Both the position numbers and the translations under genes were made by a program. A stretch of DNA of 37,546 nt from a virus (lineage: Duplodnaviria; Heunggongvirae; Uroviricota; Caudoviricetes): positions 1-37,546 of IMG/VR virus record IMGVR_UViG_2713896773_000006; one strand, 5' to 3'. Under the pieces are notes generated by a model. It was given only the letters and a program-made list of their open reading frames with translations, searched no databases and was not told the origin of the DNA. This document shows, piece after piece, positions 7,723-16,315 of the stretch (position 1 is its first letter; each line of letters starts with the position of its first letter).

Positions 7723-10177
7723 TTTTTATGCGCCGCCCCATAGCATCGAGGCAGAGCAGGCGGTGATTGGTGGATTGCTTCTGGATGATGACAGCAGTGA
7801 GCGCGTCCAGAAAGTTCTAGCGATGCTGAAGCCCGATTCATTTTACAGCAGATCACACAAAATCCTTTTCGAAGAAATAACCAGAATGCACCGGGAGCAA
7901 AAGCCAGTAGATGGCCTGACGCTTTTCGATGAACTGGAGCGTAAATCGTTAACGGCGTCTGTTGGCGGTTTTGCTTATATCGCTGAGATCGCAAAGAACA
8001 CGCCAAGCGCCGCAAACATCGTTGCCTATGCAATGCAGGTTCGTGAAACCGCAATGGAACGCTACGCCATCAACCGCATGACTGAAGCGACGGAATTGCT
8101 CTATTCCCGCAACGGAATGACTGCAACGCAGAAGTACGAAGCTATTCAGGCGATTTTCACGCAACTGACAGACCATGCAAAAACCGGATCGCGTCGCGGC
8201 CTTCGCTCATTTGGTGAGGTCATGGAAGACTGGGTTAGCGACCTTGATAAGCGATTTGACCCGTCAGGCGAACAACGAGGAATGAGCACAGGAATACCAT
8301 CGCTGGACAGGATGCTGTCACCGAAAGGTCTGGTGAAAGGCTCTCTGTTTGTCATTGGCGCTCGCCCTAAGATGGGGAAAGCGCAACCGCTTAATTCACG
8401 CATTTTGCTTGCTGATGGTTCATGGACAACATTTCGTGACGTATGTGTTGGAGATTCCCTAGCATCAGTGGATGGACAACCATCATTCGTGTCTGGAGTT
8501 TTTCCTCAAGGGGAGCGAGATATTTACCGAGTTACGTTCTCTGACGGAAGAACCGTTGATTGCGCGGATGATCATTTGTGGGAAATTCATAGTAACCGTA
8601 TTACCGGTGGCGTTGATGTTGTAGACACCTGCCGCCTACGGGACATGATGGAATGCGTTCGCTATCAAAGCCGCATTCATGTTCCTGGTATTAGCGGTGA
8701 CTTCGGATTGCCTGTTGATTTAGGGATTAGCCCATGGCTGTTAGGTGCGTTACTTGGCGATGGAAATCTTGCAGGTACGCCACGAATCAGCATGACGGAA
8801 CCATACATCATTGAGCGAGTAAGATCTGAAGTGGGTGACGATATTGAAGTCAGACATGTTTCTGGCTGCGATTACTCCCTACCTCACAAGTTTAGCCGCA
8901 AATTATCTCTTACGCGGGTTATGCAACGGCTTGGTATCTACGGCCGGATGTCAGAGATTAAAATTATCCCGGATATTATTTTTTCTGCTGATAAGCAAAC
9001 TCGTATTGATGTTCTATGCGGATTACTTGAAACCGATGGTTGGGTTGAAGGAAATAATGCCCTGCGCTTTAGCTCGGCAAGCAAGTTCCTGTCAGATGGT
9101 GTAAAGCGGCTGGTGCATTCTCTTGGTGGCGTGTGTCGTATGACAACCAAACAGGAGCCGAAATTCAGTTATAAGGGAGAAATGCGCAAAGGTATGGATG
9201 CCCATATTTGCGCAATCAGGTTGCCTGATGAGGTTCTATCACACATAAAATCTCCACGCCTGAAGCAAAAATTCACTGCAAAACGCATCAAAACAAGTGA
9301 GCCTGTTATCACGTCGGTTGAGTATATTGGACGTGAAGAGTGCATTTGCATCATGGTATCCCACGAGAGACATTTGTATGCAACTGACGGATACATTCTA
9401 ACCCACAACACCACGCTATACAGCCAGATGGCAATCAATTGCGCAGTGCATGAGAAAAAGCCCGCTCTGATGTTCAGCCTTGAAATGCCAGGTGATCAGA
9501 TACTGGAAAAACTGGTAGGGCAGAAGTCTGGTGTTAACCCGAATATTTTTTACCTTCCGGCGACAAATGACGCCGATGACGGCTATCAGGGTGATTACGA
9601 TGGTGACTTCAACAGGGCGATCGAAACAGCCAATCGCTTGAGTGAAATCGACATGCTTTACATCGACGACACGCCGGGATTATCTCTGGCTCAAATCGTC
9701 AGCGAAAGCCGTCGAATCAAGCGAGAAAAAGGATGTGTTGGCATGATTCTGGTCGATTACCTGACACTAATGACCGCTGAGAAGGCCGATCGCAACGACC
9801 TTGCTTACGGCATGATCACCAAAGGACTGAAGAACCTTGCCAAAGAGCTTGATTGCGTTGTTGTGCTTCTGACACAGCTTAACCGCGCACTGGAAAGCCG
9901 AACCAATAAACGCCCATTACCAAGTGACTCACGAGATACAGGGCAGATTGAACAGGATTGCGATTATTGGGTCGGGATCCATCGTGAAGGCGCTTTTGAT
10001 GACAGTGTTCCACCTGGGGAAACCGAACTAATCCTTCGTCTCAATCGTCATGGCTATACCGGCACGGTGTATTGCATTCAGGCAAATGGCGCTATTTATG
10101 ACACAGACCAACAGTCTGCTGAAATGCGCCGCCGTGAACGTGAGGAACCGCAGTCCAAGAAGAAAGGAGGATTCTGA
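7712..10177 (+). CDS. dnaB: DnaB-family replicative helicase with an intein in the P-loop
   Basis: N-terminus MTDNFYAPPHSIEAEQAVIGGLL is DnaB-like. The Walker A is split: ...GARPKMGK | 343 inserted aa | TTLYSQMAINCAVHEKKPALMFSLEMP... (E. coli DnaB ARPSMGKTTFAMNL...LIFSLEMP, recalled). ATG at 7712 preferred over the GTG track start 7697. Confidence 0.9.
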   Translation: MTDNFYAPPHSIEAEQAVIGGLLLDDDSSERVQKVLAMLKPDSFYSRSHKILFEEITRMHREQKPVDGLTLFDELERKSLTASVGGFAYIAEIAKNTPSAANIVAYAMQVRETAMERYAINRMTEATELLYSRNGMTATQKYEAIQAIFTQLTDHAKTGSRRGLRSFGEVMEDWVSDLDKRFDPSGEQRGMSTGIPSLDRMLSPKGLVKGSLFVIGARPKMGKAQPLNSRILLADGSWTTFRDVCVGDSLASVDGQPSFVSGVFPQGERDIYRVTFSDGRTVDCADDHLWEIHSNRITGGVDVVDTCRLRDMMECVRYQSRIHVPGISGDFGLPVDLGISPWLLGALLGDGNLAGTPRISMTEPYIIERVRSEVGDDIEVRHVSGCDYSLPHKFSRKLSLTRVMQRLGIYGRMSEIKIIPDIIFSADKQTRIDVLCGLLETDGWVEGNNALRFSSASKFLSDGVKRLVHSLGGVCRMTTKQEPKFSYKGEMRKGMDAHICAIRLPDEVLSHIKSPRLKQKFTAKRIKTSEPVITSVEYIGREECICIMVSHERHLYATDGYILTHNTTLYSQMAINCAVHEKKPALMFSLEMPGDQILEKLVGQKSGVNPNIFYLPATNDADDGYQGDYDGDFNRAIETANRLSEIDMLYIDDTPGLSLAQIVSESRRIKREKGCVGMILVDYLTLMTAEKADRNDLAYGMITKGLKNLAKELDCVVVLLTQLNRALESRTNKRPLPSDSRDTGQIEQDCDYWVGIHREGAFDDSVPPGETELILRLNRHGYTGTVYCIQANGAIYDTDQQSAEMRRREREEPQSKKKGGF
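8381..9409 (+). mobile_element. intein (343 aa) with LAGLIDADG homing-endonuclease domain, probably class 3
   Basis: Insert begins with Ala and ends ...ILTHN, with +1 Thr. Two LAGLIDADG-like motifs (LLGALLGDGNL, LCGLLETDGWV). Block-B-like DDHLW, block-F-like Cys (EECICIM) and Thr before the terminal His-Asn give the WCT pattern. Boundaries inferred from the extein alignment. Confidence 0.8.
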
Positions 10178-10275
10178 TGACCATCTACATCACTGAGCTA
10201 ATAACAGGCCTGCTGGTAATCGCAGGCCTGCTGGTAATCGCAGGCCTTTTTATTTGGGGGAGGGTAAATCGTGGC
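10177..10275 (+). CDS. putative small hydrophobic peptide (32 aa)
   Basis: MTIYITELITGLLVIAGLLVIAGLFIWGRVNRG; ATG overlaps the dnaB stop (TGATG). Coding sequence contains an 18-bp tandem repeat (CAGGCCTGCTGGTAATCG x2 plus partial). Confidence 0.3.
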
Positions 10276-10477
10276 TGAGTTAATTTTCTCTGCATTGAGG
10301 ATTCTCGGTGCTATGTGGATGGTGGCGACGTTCATTGTTGTTGCCAGCAGTTTTGTCCTGTTGGTAGGCGAAGGTAAAGACCTGGTGGGTGTGCTTTTCG
10401 GTAGCATTTTCCTGTGGGTGATTATCGGTGTTATGCCTGTTGTCGTAGCAAAAGTGGCGTGGCGTTTTGTGAGTTGA
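10271..10477 (+). CDS. putative small membrane protein (68 aa, two predicted TM helices)
   Basis: GTG start preceded by GGGGGAGGG; hydrophobic throughout. Confidence 0.4.
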   Translation: MAELIFSALRILGAMWMVATFIVVASSFVLLVGEGKDLVGVLFGSIFLWVIIGVMPVVVAKVAWRFVS

Positions 10478-10484
10478 GGTAACG

Positions 10485-10931
10485 ATGAAGCAAATATACA
10501 TGCTTCGCAACGAAGCAATCAGAAACAACGCCATAGACGCAATACTCTCACTTCCGATCGACGACAAGTCACCTCACGAAGTCCACGTTAGAGAACCCAA
10601 ACGCAGCAAAGCGCAGAATGACCGTATGTGGCCGATGCTGAACGATGTTTCGCGTCAGGTGCTATGGCATGGTCAACGGCTGGCGCCGGAAGACTGGAAA
10701 GACCTGTTCACTGCCCTGTGGCTTAAGACCAAAAAACTGGAGCAACGAAGTGTGCCTGGTATCGACGGTGGCGTTGTCATGCTTGGCGTGCGTACCAGCA
10801 AAATGCGAAAGGCCAGCATGACTGAGCTTATCGAAATCATGTTCTGGTTCGGCTCAGAGCGCAACGTGCGGTGGAGTGATGACTCCCGGCGAGAGTATGA
10901 ATGGTCACAACGAAAAGGGAAGGCTGCATGA
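10485..10931 (+). CDS. ninB: NinB (Orf-family recombination mediator)
   Basis: 148 aa; QNDRMWPMLNDVSRQVLWHGQRL...WSD matches the lambda NinB pattern (QNRKLWACLGDVSRQVEWHGRWL, recalled). Confidence 0.85.
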   Translation: MKQIYMLRNEAIRNNAIDAILSLPIDDKSPHEVHVREPKRSKAQNDRMWPMLNDVSRQVLWHGQRLAPEDWKDLFTALWLKTKKLEQRSVPGIDGGVVMLGVRTSKMRKASMTELIEIMFWFGSERNVRWSDDSRREYEWSQRKGKAA

Positions 10932-11455
10932 CTATCAAATCAAATACGCCGGCGTCAGATAGGTATCGGCTTATTGAGGATTATCTGTATTTAGACGGAG
11001 ATACAGTCAGATACAAAAAGGACTCGCTAAAACACCCCAACCACAGCCACCGGGCCGGAGATGAAATTAAAACATCGATAAATGGATCTGGGTATAGACA
11101 GGTGTGTTTTGCAGGCATTCAGATGTTTGTTCACGTAGTTGTTTTTGCGCTGCACAACAAAAGAATGCCATTGAAAAATATTGACCATATTAACGGAAAC
11201 AGGCTGGACAATTCCCCAAAAAATCTTAGGGAGGCAAGCCGGATAGCAAACAGCCGAAATCAGAAAACTAAGTGCAATAGCCGTTCTGGAATAAAAAATG
11301 TTTTATGGAACAAGCAAAAAAATAAATGGGCCGTTCAAGTGCGCACAGATTTTGGCCGGTTGCATTTTGGGTTCTATGAAGATCTTGAGCTTGCTGGTTT
11401 GGTTGCCAGTGAGTCTATCAACAAATATCACGGACAATATGCGAGGGTTGAATGA
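10928..11455 (+). CDS. HNH endonuclease with AP2-like DNA-binding domain (free-standing homing-endonuclease type)
   Basis: ATG at 10928 overlaps the ninB stop. HNH motif context (IDHINGNRLDNSPKNL) followed by an AP2-like segment (GIKNVLWNKQKNKWAVQV...FGFYEDLELA). Locally AT-rich relative to neighbours. Confidence 0.75.
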   Translation: MTIKSNTPASDRYRLIEDYLYLDGDTVRYKKDSLKHPNHSHRAGDEIKTSINGSGYRQVCFAGIQMFVHVVVFALHNKRMPLKNIDHINGNRLDNSPKNLREASRIANSRNQKTKCNSRSGIKNVLWNKQKNKWAVQVRTDFGRLHFGFYEDLELAGLVASESINKYHGQYARVE

Positions 11456-11982
11456 TTAAGCATAAATCAGAAACACCAAAAGAAGTTAGAGACTGCTGGC
11501 AAACGCCGCTTTGGCTTTTTGATGCACTGGATATTGAGTTTGGATTCTGGCTGGATTCAGCTGCTAGCGACAAAAATGCTCTGTGCGCTCACTGGCTAAC
11601 TGAGGCCGACGACGCGCTCAATTCTGAGTGGGTAAGTCACGGTGCAATCTGGAATAACCCACCGTACAGCAATATCAGGCCGTGGGTGGAAAAAGCAGCT
11701 GAGCAGTGCATACAACAGCGACAGACGGTAGTTATGCTTGTGCCAGAGGATATGTCAGTCGGATGGTTCAGCAAGGCTCTGGAGAGTGTCGACGAAGTTC
11801 GCATTATCACTGATGGACGGATTAATTTTATCGAACCATCGACAGGGCTGGAGAAGAAGGGAAACAGCAAAGGCTCCATGCTGCTGATTTGGCGACCGTT
11901 CATCAGTCCTCGACGGATGTTTACTACCGTATCCAAAGCGGCATTGATGGCGATCGGGCAGGGCGTCGTGAGGGCGGCATGA
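11452..11982 (+). CDS. phage DNA N6-adenine methyltransferase (Dam-like)
   Basis: 176 aa with the catalytic NPPY motif ([10 protein letters not shown]); ATGA-coupled on both sides. Confidence 0.8.
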   Translation: MIKHKSETPKEVRDCWQTPLWLFDALDIEFGFWLDSAASDKNALCAHWLTEADDALNSEWVSHGAIWNNPPYSNIRPWVEKAAEQCIQQRQTVVMLVPEDMSVGWFSKALESVDEVRIITDGRINFIEPSTGLEKKGNSKGSMLLIWRPFISPRRMFTTVSKAALMAIGQGVVRAA

Positions 11983-12161
11983 GACGACAGCGACGAAGTA
12001 TCACCGACATCATCTGTGAAAACTGCAAATACCTTCCAACGAAACGCTCCAGAAATAAACGCAAGCCAATCCCAAAAGAATCTGACGTAAAAACCTTCAA
12101 CTACACGGCTCACCTGTGGGATATCCGGTGGCTTAGAGAACGTGCGAGGAAAACAAGGTGA
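11979..12161 (+). CDS. ninE: NinE
   Basis: 60 aa from internal ATG at 11979: [60 protein letters not shown], near-identical to recalled lambda NinE. Confidence 0.75.
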   Translation: MRRQRRSITDIICENCKYLPTKRSRNKRKPIPKESDVKTFNYTAHLWDIRWLRERARKTR

Positions 12162-12328
12162 TTGACCCAAATCGAAGTTACGAACAAGGAAGTGTCGAGC
12201 GGGCTTTAACGTGCGCTAACTGCGGTCAGAAGCTGCATGTGCTGGAAGTTCACGTGTGCTCCGATTGCTGCGCAGAACTGATGAGCGATCCGAATAGCTC
12301 AATGTACGAGGAAGAAGACGATGGCTAA
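12158..12328 (+). CDS. ninF: NinF
   Basis: 56 aa, GTG start overlapping the ninE stop: [56 protein letters not shown], close to recalled lambda NinF. Below the track cutoff. Confidence 0.65.
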   Translation: MIDPNRSYEQGSVERALTCANCGQKLHVLEVHVCSDCCAELMSDPNSSMYEEEDDG

Positions 12329-12926
12329 ACCAGCGCGAAGGAAATGCAAAATATGCAAGGAATGGTTTCACCCGGCATTCTCAAATCAGTGGTGGTGCTG
12401 CCCGGAACACGGAACTCAGTTAGCACTCAAACTACAAAGTAAACAGCGAAAAAAAGCGGAAAAAGCAGCAGAGAAGAAACGACGACGAGAGGAGCAGAAA
12501 CAGAAAGATAAACTGAAGATTCGAAAACTCGCCTTAAAGCCCCGCAGTTACTGGATTAAACAAGCCCAACAAGCCGTAAACGCCTTCATCAGAGAAAGAG
12601 ACCGCGACTTACCATGTATCTCGTGCGGAACGCTCACGTCTGCTCAGTGGGATGCCGGACATTACCGGACAACTGCTTCGGCACCTCAACTCCGATTTGA
12701 TGAACGCAATATTCACAAGCAATGCGTGGTGTGCAACCAGCACAAAAGTGGAAATCTCGTTCCGTATCGCGTCGAGCTGATTATCCGCATCGGGCAGGAA
12801 GCAGTAGACGAAATCGAATCAAACCATAACCGCCATCGCTGGACTATCGAAGAGTGCAAGGCGATCAAGGCAGAGTATCAGCAGAAACTCAAAGACCTGC
12901 GAAACAGTAGAAGTGAGGCCGCATGA
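12321..12926 (+). CDS. ninG: NinG (Rap-like recombination endonuclease)
   Basis: 201 aa; Cys-rich N-terminus and lysine-rich linker typical of lambda NinG; position between ninF and Q. Confidence 0.8.
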   Translation: MAKPARRKCKICKEWFHPAFSNQWWCCPEHGTQLALKLQSKQRKKAEKAAEKKRRREEQKQKDKLKIRKLALKPRSYWIKQAQQAVNAFIRERDRDLPCISCGTLTSAQWDAGHYRTTASAPQLRFDERNIHKQCVVCNQHKSGNLVPYRVELIIRIGQEAVDEIESNHNRHRWTIEECKAIKAEYQQKLKDLRNSRSEAA

Positions 12927-12969
12927 CGTTCTCAGTAAAAACCATTCCAGATCACAAGGGAGAAGGCGC

Positions 12970-13458
12970 ATGGGCATAAGAGAACTAAACCTCACCAAAG
13001 AACAGCACGAGTGGCTGAATGGCTGGCTTGAACTGTGGGGCGCATGGGTTTATTCAGGTCGTCTGGAAAAGCGCATGAGCAGCGTAATAGCTAAGTTCAT
13101 GGAGAGCGTAGAGCCGGGAAGAGTTATGACAAGGCCAATGTGTAATGATGATGATGGAATGTTGATTTCTCAGGTCGTCGATTCCGTCATGTACATTGAC
13201 AAGAAAGCCTTTGGCATCCTCCTCAGCTACTACGCCCACGGCTCTTCCAAGCACGCCATTGCATCTTACTATCATCGCGTCGCAAGACCTCGCAAGATGT
13301 TATGCCGGGGCGGCGGGCGCATTCAAAAACCATCGCTCGCAACCTGTCGACGGGAAGTTGACGAAATCCTCAATGCCTCGTTGTTTATGATTTACCCGGT
13401 TCTGGATAGTGCGTTAAAAAACCGGAAACGTGTAGAGAAAATTAAACATGTAGCATAG
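12970..13458 (+). CDS. Q: late-gene antiterminator Q (P22 gp23-like)
   Basis: MGIRELNLTKEQHEWLNGWLELWGAWV...MCNDDDGMLISQVVDSVMYID resembles the recalled P22 gp23 WGAW/CCDDD blocks. ATG at 12970 with GGGAGAAGG RBS; GTG 12913 is the longer alternative. Confidence 0.75.
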   Translation: MGIRELNLTKEQHEWLNGWLELWGAWVYSGRLEKRMSSVIAKFMESVEPGRVMTRPMCNDDDGMLISQVVDSVMYIDKKAFGILLSYYAHGSSKHAIASYYHRVARPRKMLCRGGGRIQKPSLATCRREVDEILNASLFMIYPVLDSALKNRKRVEKIKHVA

Positions 13459-13549
13459 AACGTGTTGACATCATTGAGCAAATGAGCAACACTATTCGCA
13501 TAAGCTGCCGTTAGTGACTCTTAAGTTGCAACGGTGGCTTTTTTTATTT

Positions 13550-13624
13550 GGGTCAGTCGTATAAAGGTCATTACGGAAGGCTGTTAACCTTCTTATCGTG
13601 GTTCGAGTCCACGCTGTCCCGCCA
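13550..13624 (+). tRNA. tRNA-Asn(GUU)-like, one acceptor-stem mismatch
   Basis: Hand-folded cloverleaf: acceptor GGGTCAG/CTGTCCC (T-T mismatch at pair 4), anticodon stem GAAGG/CCTTC with loop CTGTTAA, T-arm CGTGG-TTCGAGT-CCACG, 3' GCCA. Confidence 0.5.
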
Positions 13625-13629
13625 AACAT

Positions 13630-13705
13630 GCTGGTTTAGCTCCAATGGTAGAGCAGTCGCCTTGTAAGCGAATGGGTAGCGGTTCAAGTCCGTTAACCAG
13701 CACCA
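13630..13705 (+). tRNA. tRNA-Thr(UGU)
   Basis: Hand-folded: acceptor GCTGGTT/AACCAGC, D-arm GCTC-CAATGGTA-GAGC, anticodon loop CTTGTAA, T-arm AGCGG-TTCAAGT-CCGTT, 3' ACCA. Confidence 0.65.
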
Positions 13706-13792
13706 TAACTGAGCCGTAGCCACTGACTATCCTGAATTCATCAGTGATAGTTACGCTGCGGCCTTCTACACATGATCTTCGTGAAAGCGGGT

Positions 13793-13827
13793 GGCAGGAG
13801 GTTTCGCTAACAACCTCCTGCCGTTTT
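13793..13827 (+). terminator. intrinsic terminator in the late leader (candidate tR')
   Basis: GGCAGGAGG-tttcgctaacaa-CCTCCTGCC hairpin followed by GTTTTG, between the tRNAs and the holin gene. Confidence 0.55.
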
Positions 13828-13947
13828 GCCCGTGCATATCGGTCACGAACAAATCTGATTACTAAACACAGTAGCCTGGATTTGTTCTATCAGTAATCGA
13901 CCTTATTCCTAATTAAATAGAGCAAATCCCCTTATTGGGGGTAAGAC

Positions 13948-14271
13948 ATGAAGATGCCAGAAAAACATGACCTGTTAGCCGCCATTCTCGCGGCAAAGGA
14001 ACAAGGCATCGGGGCAATCCTTGCGTTTGCAATGGCGTACCTTCGCGGCAGATATAATGGCGGTGCGTTTACAAAAACAGTAATCGACGCAACGATGTGC
14101 GCCATTATCGCCTGGTTCATTCGTGATCTTCTCGACCTCGCCGGACTAAGTAGCAATCTCGCTTATATAACGAGCGTGTTCATCGGCTACATCGGTACTG
14201 ACTCGATTGGTTCGCTTATCAAACGCTTCGCTGCTAAAAAAGCCGGAGTAGAAGATGGTGGAAATCAATAA
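13948..14271 (+). CDS. S: holin, lambda S type (dual-start MKM)
   Basis: 107 aa; [63 protein letters not shown]... essentially matches recalled lambda S. Confidence 0.95.
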   Translation: MKMPEKHDLLAAILAAKEQGIGAILAFAMAYLRGRYNGGAFTKTVIDATMCAIIAWFIRDLLDLAGLSSNLAYITSVFIGYIGTDSIGSLIKRFAAKKAGVEDGGNQ

Positions 14272-14731
14272 TCAACGTAAGGCGTTCCTCGATATGCTGG
14301 CGTGGTCAGAGGGAACAGATAACGGACGTCAGAAAACCAGAAATCATGGTTATGACGTCATTGTAGGCGGAGAGCTATTCACTGATTACTCCGATCACCC
14401 TCGCAAACTTGTCACGCTAAATCCGAAACTCAAATCAACAGCCGCCGGACGCTACCAGCTTCTTTCCCGTTGGTGGGATGCCTACCGCAAGCAGCTTGGC
14501 CTGAAAGACTTCTCTCCCAAAAGCCAGGACGCTGTGGCACTGCAGCAGATTAAGGAGCGTGGCGCTTTACCGATGATTGATCGCGGTGATATTCGTCAGG
14601 CAATCGACCGTTGCAGTAATATCTGGGCTTCACTTCCGGGGGCTGGTTATGGTCAGTTCGAGCATAAGGTTGACAGTTTGATTGCAAAATTCAAAGAAGC
14701 TGGCGGAATGGTCAGAGAGATTGAGGTATGA
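14255..14731 (+). CDS. R: endolysin, lambda R type (lytic transglycosylase)
   Basis: 158 aa; [52 protein letters not shown]... matches recalled lambda R. Confidence 0.95.
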   Translation: MVEINNQRKAFLDMLAWSEGTDNGRQKTRNHGYDVIVGGELFTDYSDHPRKLVTLNPKLKSTAAGRYQLLSRWWDAYRKQLGLKDFSPKSQDAVALQQIKERGALPMIDRGDIRQAIDRCSNIWASLPGAGYGQFEHKVDSLIAKFKEAGGMVREIEV

Positions 14732-15120
14732 GCAGAGTCACCGCGATTATCTCCGCTCTGGTTATCTGCATCATCGTCTGCCTGTCATGGGCTGTTAATC
14801 ATTACCGTGATAACGCCATGACCTACAAAGAGCAGCGCGATAAAGCCACATCCATCATCGCTGATATGCAGAAGCGTCAACGTGATGTAGCAGAACTCGA
14901 TGCCAGATATACAAAGGAGCTTGCTGATGCTAACGCGACTATCGAAAGTCTCCGTGCTGATGTTTCTGCTGGCCGTAAGCGGCTGCAAGTCGCCGCCACC
15001 TGTGCAAAGTCAACGACCGGAGCCAGCAGNNNNNNNNNNNNNNNNNNNNNNNNNNNNNNNNNNNNNNNNNNNNNNNNNNACTACCTGCAGGAATACATCA
15101 GGACGCAATGCCTGAAATAA
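14728..15120 (+). CDS. Rz: i-spanin Rz, interrupted by an assembly gap
   Basis: [39 protein letters not shown]... is lambda Rz-like. 50 Ns at 15030-15079 fall inside the gene, so the C-terminal frame and true length are uncertain. Confidence 0.75.
   Translation: MSRVTAIISALVICIIVCLSWAVNHYRDNAMTYKEQRDKATSIIADMQKRQRDVAELDARYTKELADANATIESLRADVSAGRKRLQVAATCAKSTTGASXXXXXXXXXXXXXXXXXXYLQEYIRTQCLK
14927..15115 (+). CDS. Rz1: o-spanin Rz1 (lipoprotein) embedded in Rz +1 frame, crosses the gap
   Basis: AAGGAG RBS, then [34 protein letters not shown] with a lipobox (LAVSGC) and proline-rich mature region. 3' end undefined because of the N run. Confidence 0.6.
   Translation: MLTRLSKVSVLMFLLAVSGCKSPPPVQSQRPEPAXXXXXXXXXXXXXXXXXTTCRNTSGRNA
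15030..15079. other. assembly gap (50 N)
   Basis: Run of 50 n characters directly visible. Confidence 1.
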
Positions 15121-15326
15121 TTTTTTTGCAAATCACAAAGTCCATTTAATGAGCCTCGCGATGCGGGGCTTTTTTATGTCCGCAGTAAACCGCGCATTCT
15201 CGTGCGCATATCAACCAAGAGCTTTTCGGGATATGAGACAGAGACAGGACGGTGGCTTACATCGTGCCGCTCTTGGGCTGTCCATGTCTGCGAGAACTGG
15301 CTCATATCACCAAAAAGGTAAATACG

Positions 15327-16055
15327 ATGTCCAATATCATCCCGATTGATTTCGAAGGCCATCCCATGCGTTTTTCTGACGATGGCTGGTTTGACGCGAC
15401 TGCGGCAGCTGACAAGTTCAACAAGGAGCCGGCTCAGTGGCTTAGGCTTCCTGAGACTGTCCGTTACATCGAGGCGTTAAAGAGTAGATATGGGAATATC
15501 ACATATGTAAAAACCAGCCGCGCTCGCAAAGACCGTGGCGGCGGAACATGGCTTCACCCAAAACTGGCGGTCAGATTTGCTCGATGGCTTTCTGTAGATT
15601 TTGAGATCTGGTGTGATGAGCAAATTGACGCAATCATTCAGGGTTCCGTTCATCATATCGACGATGAAAGAATAAAGGCTATTTTCCTTCTGGATAAATC
15701 TCAGCCATGGGAAAAGAGGTTTAGCGATCCGTTTTATTCTGCGATGTTCAAAATGTCAGGGCTGCCCCGTCATCGACCAGGTCGTCGCCCCGCACTATTT
15801 GGGATGATCAGTGCCAAGTGGGTATATGGCCAGGTATTACCACCAGAAGTATATGCAGAGGTTAAAAGACGGCTGGCTGCGGGAGACAAAATCCATCAGC
15901 ACCTTAAACCTGACGCGCTGACATTGGTTGAGCGACAGATCATTGCCGTTACCAGCATTGCCAATGGGTGCTCTGATTATCGTGATTTCGAAGCGCGTTG
16001 CATGTCGGCATTCCCGGTGAAAGGGCAGATGAAATTGCTCTATGCGGCGGCCTGA
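15327..16055 (+). CDS. KilA-N domain protein
   Basis: 243 aa from ATG at 15327. N-terminus MSNIIPIDFEGHPMRFSDDGWFDATAAADKF...WLHPKLAVRFARWL fits the KilA-N/APSES-type fold. C-terminal half uncharacterised. Confidence 0.65.
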   Translation: MSNIIPIDFEGHPMRFSDDGWFDATAAADKFNKEPAQWLRLPETVRYIEALKSRYGNITYVKTSRARKDRGGGTWLHPKLAVRFARWLSVDFEIWCDEQIDAIIQGSVHHIDDERIKAIFLLDKSQPWEKRFSDPFYSAMFKMSGLPRHRPGRRPALFGMISAKWVYGQVLPPEVYAEVKRRLAAGDKIHQHLKPDALTLVERQIIAVTSIANGCSDYRDFEARCMSAFPVKGQMKLLYAAA

Positions 16056-16057
16056 TC

Positions 16058-16315
16058 ATGAGCACCCGAATAATAGAATGCGCCTCCAGAGCGGGGCGCG
16101 ACTTCTCAGAGTTCATGAAAGGCGAGAAGGGCATGATGGAAGCATTGGCCTCGGTGGATGAGTTTGGCGAGCAGCTGCGCCTCAACGGCTGTGTCAATCA
16201 TCACTTTGTTAGCTACATGATGCGGAACTCGATCATGCAGGCATTCATGGACATGGCAAAAGCCGAGAGGAAAGAAGAGCGCCGGCGTAAGCGAGCGGAA
16301 GCAAAAGCGAAGTAG
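16058..16315 (+). CDS. hypothetical protein with basic C-terminal tail
   Basis: 85 aa from ATG at 16058, just after the KilA-N stop; ends ERKEERRRKRAEAKAK. Confidence 0.4.
   Translation: MSTRIIECASRAGRDFSEFMKGEKGMMEALASVDEFGEQLRLNGCVNHHFVSYMMRNSIMQAFMDMAKAERKEERRRKRAEAKAK

Noticed and set aside
7683-8054. 123-aa minus-strand ORF at the start of the helicase gene
   Set aside because: Antisense to the conserved DnaB N-terminal domain.
11637-12170. 177-aa minus-strand ORF overlapping the methyltransferase/ninE/ninF genes
   Set aside because: All neighbouring genes are rightward and translationally coupled; no RBS; antisense artefact.
13501-13549. Hairpin GTTGCAAC followed by a T7 run as a strong terminator
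   Set aside because: The stem is very short and AT-rich; the T-run may simply be the leader of the first tRNA. The stronger terminator is at 13793-13827.
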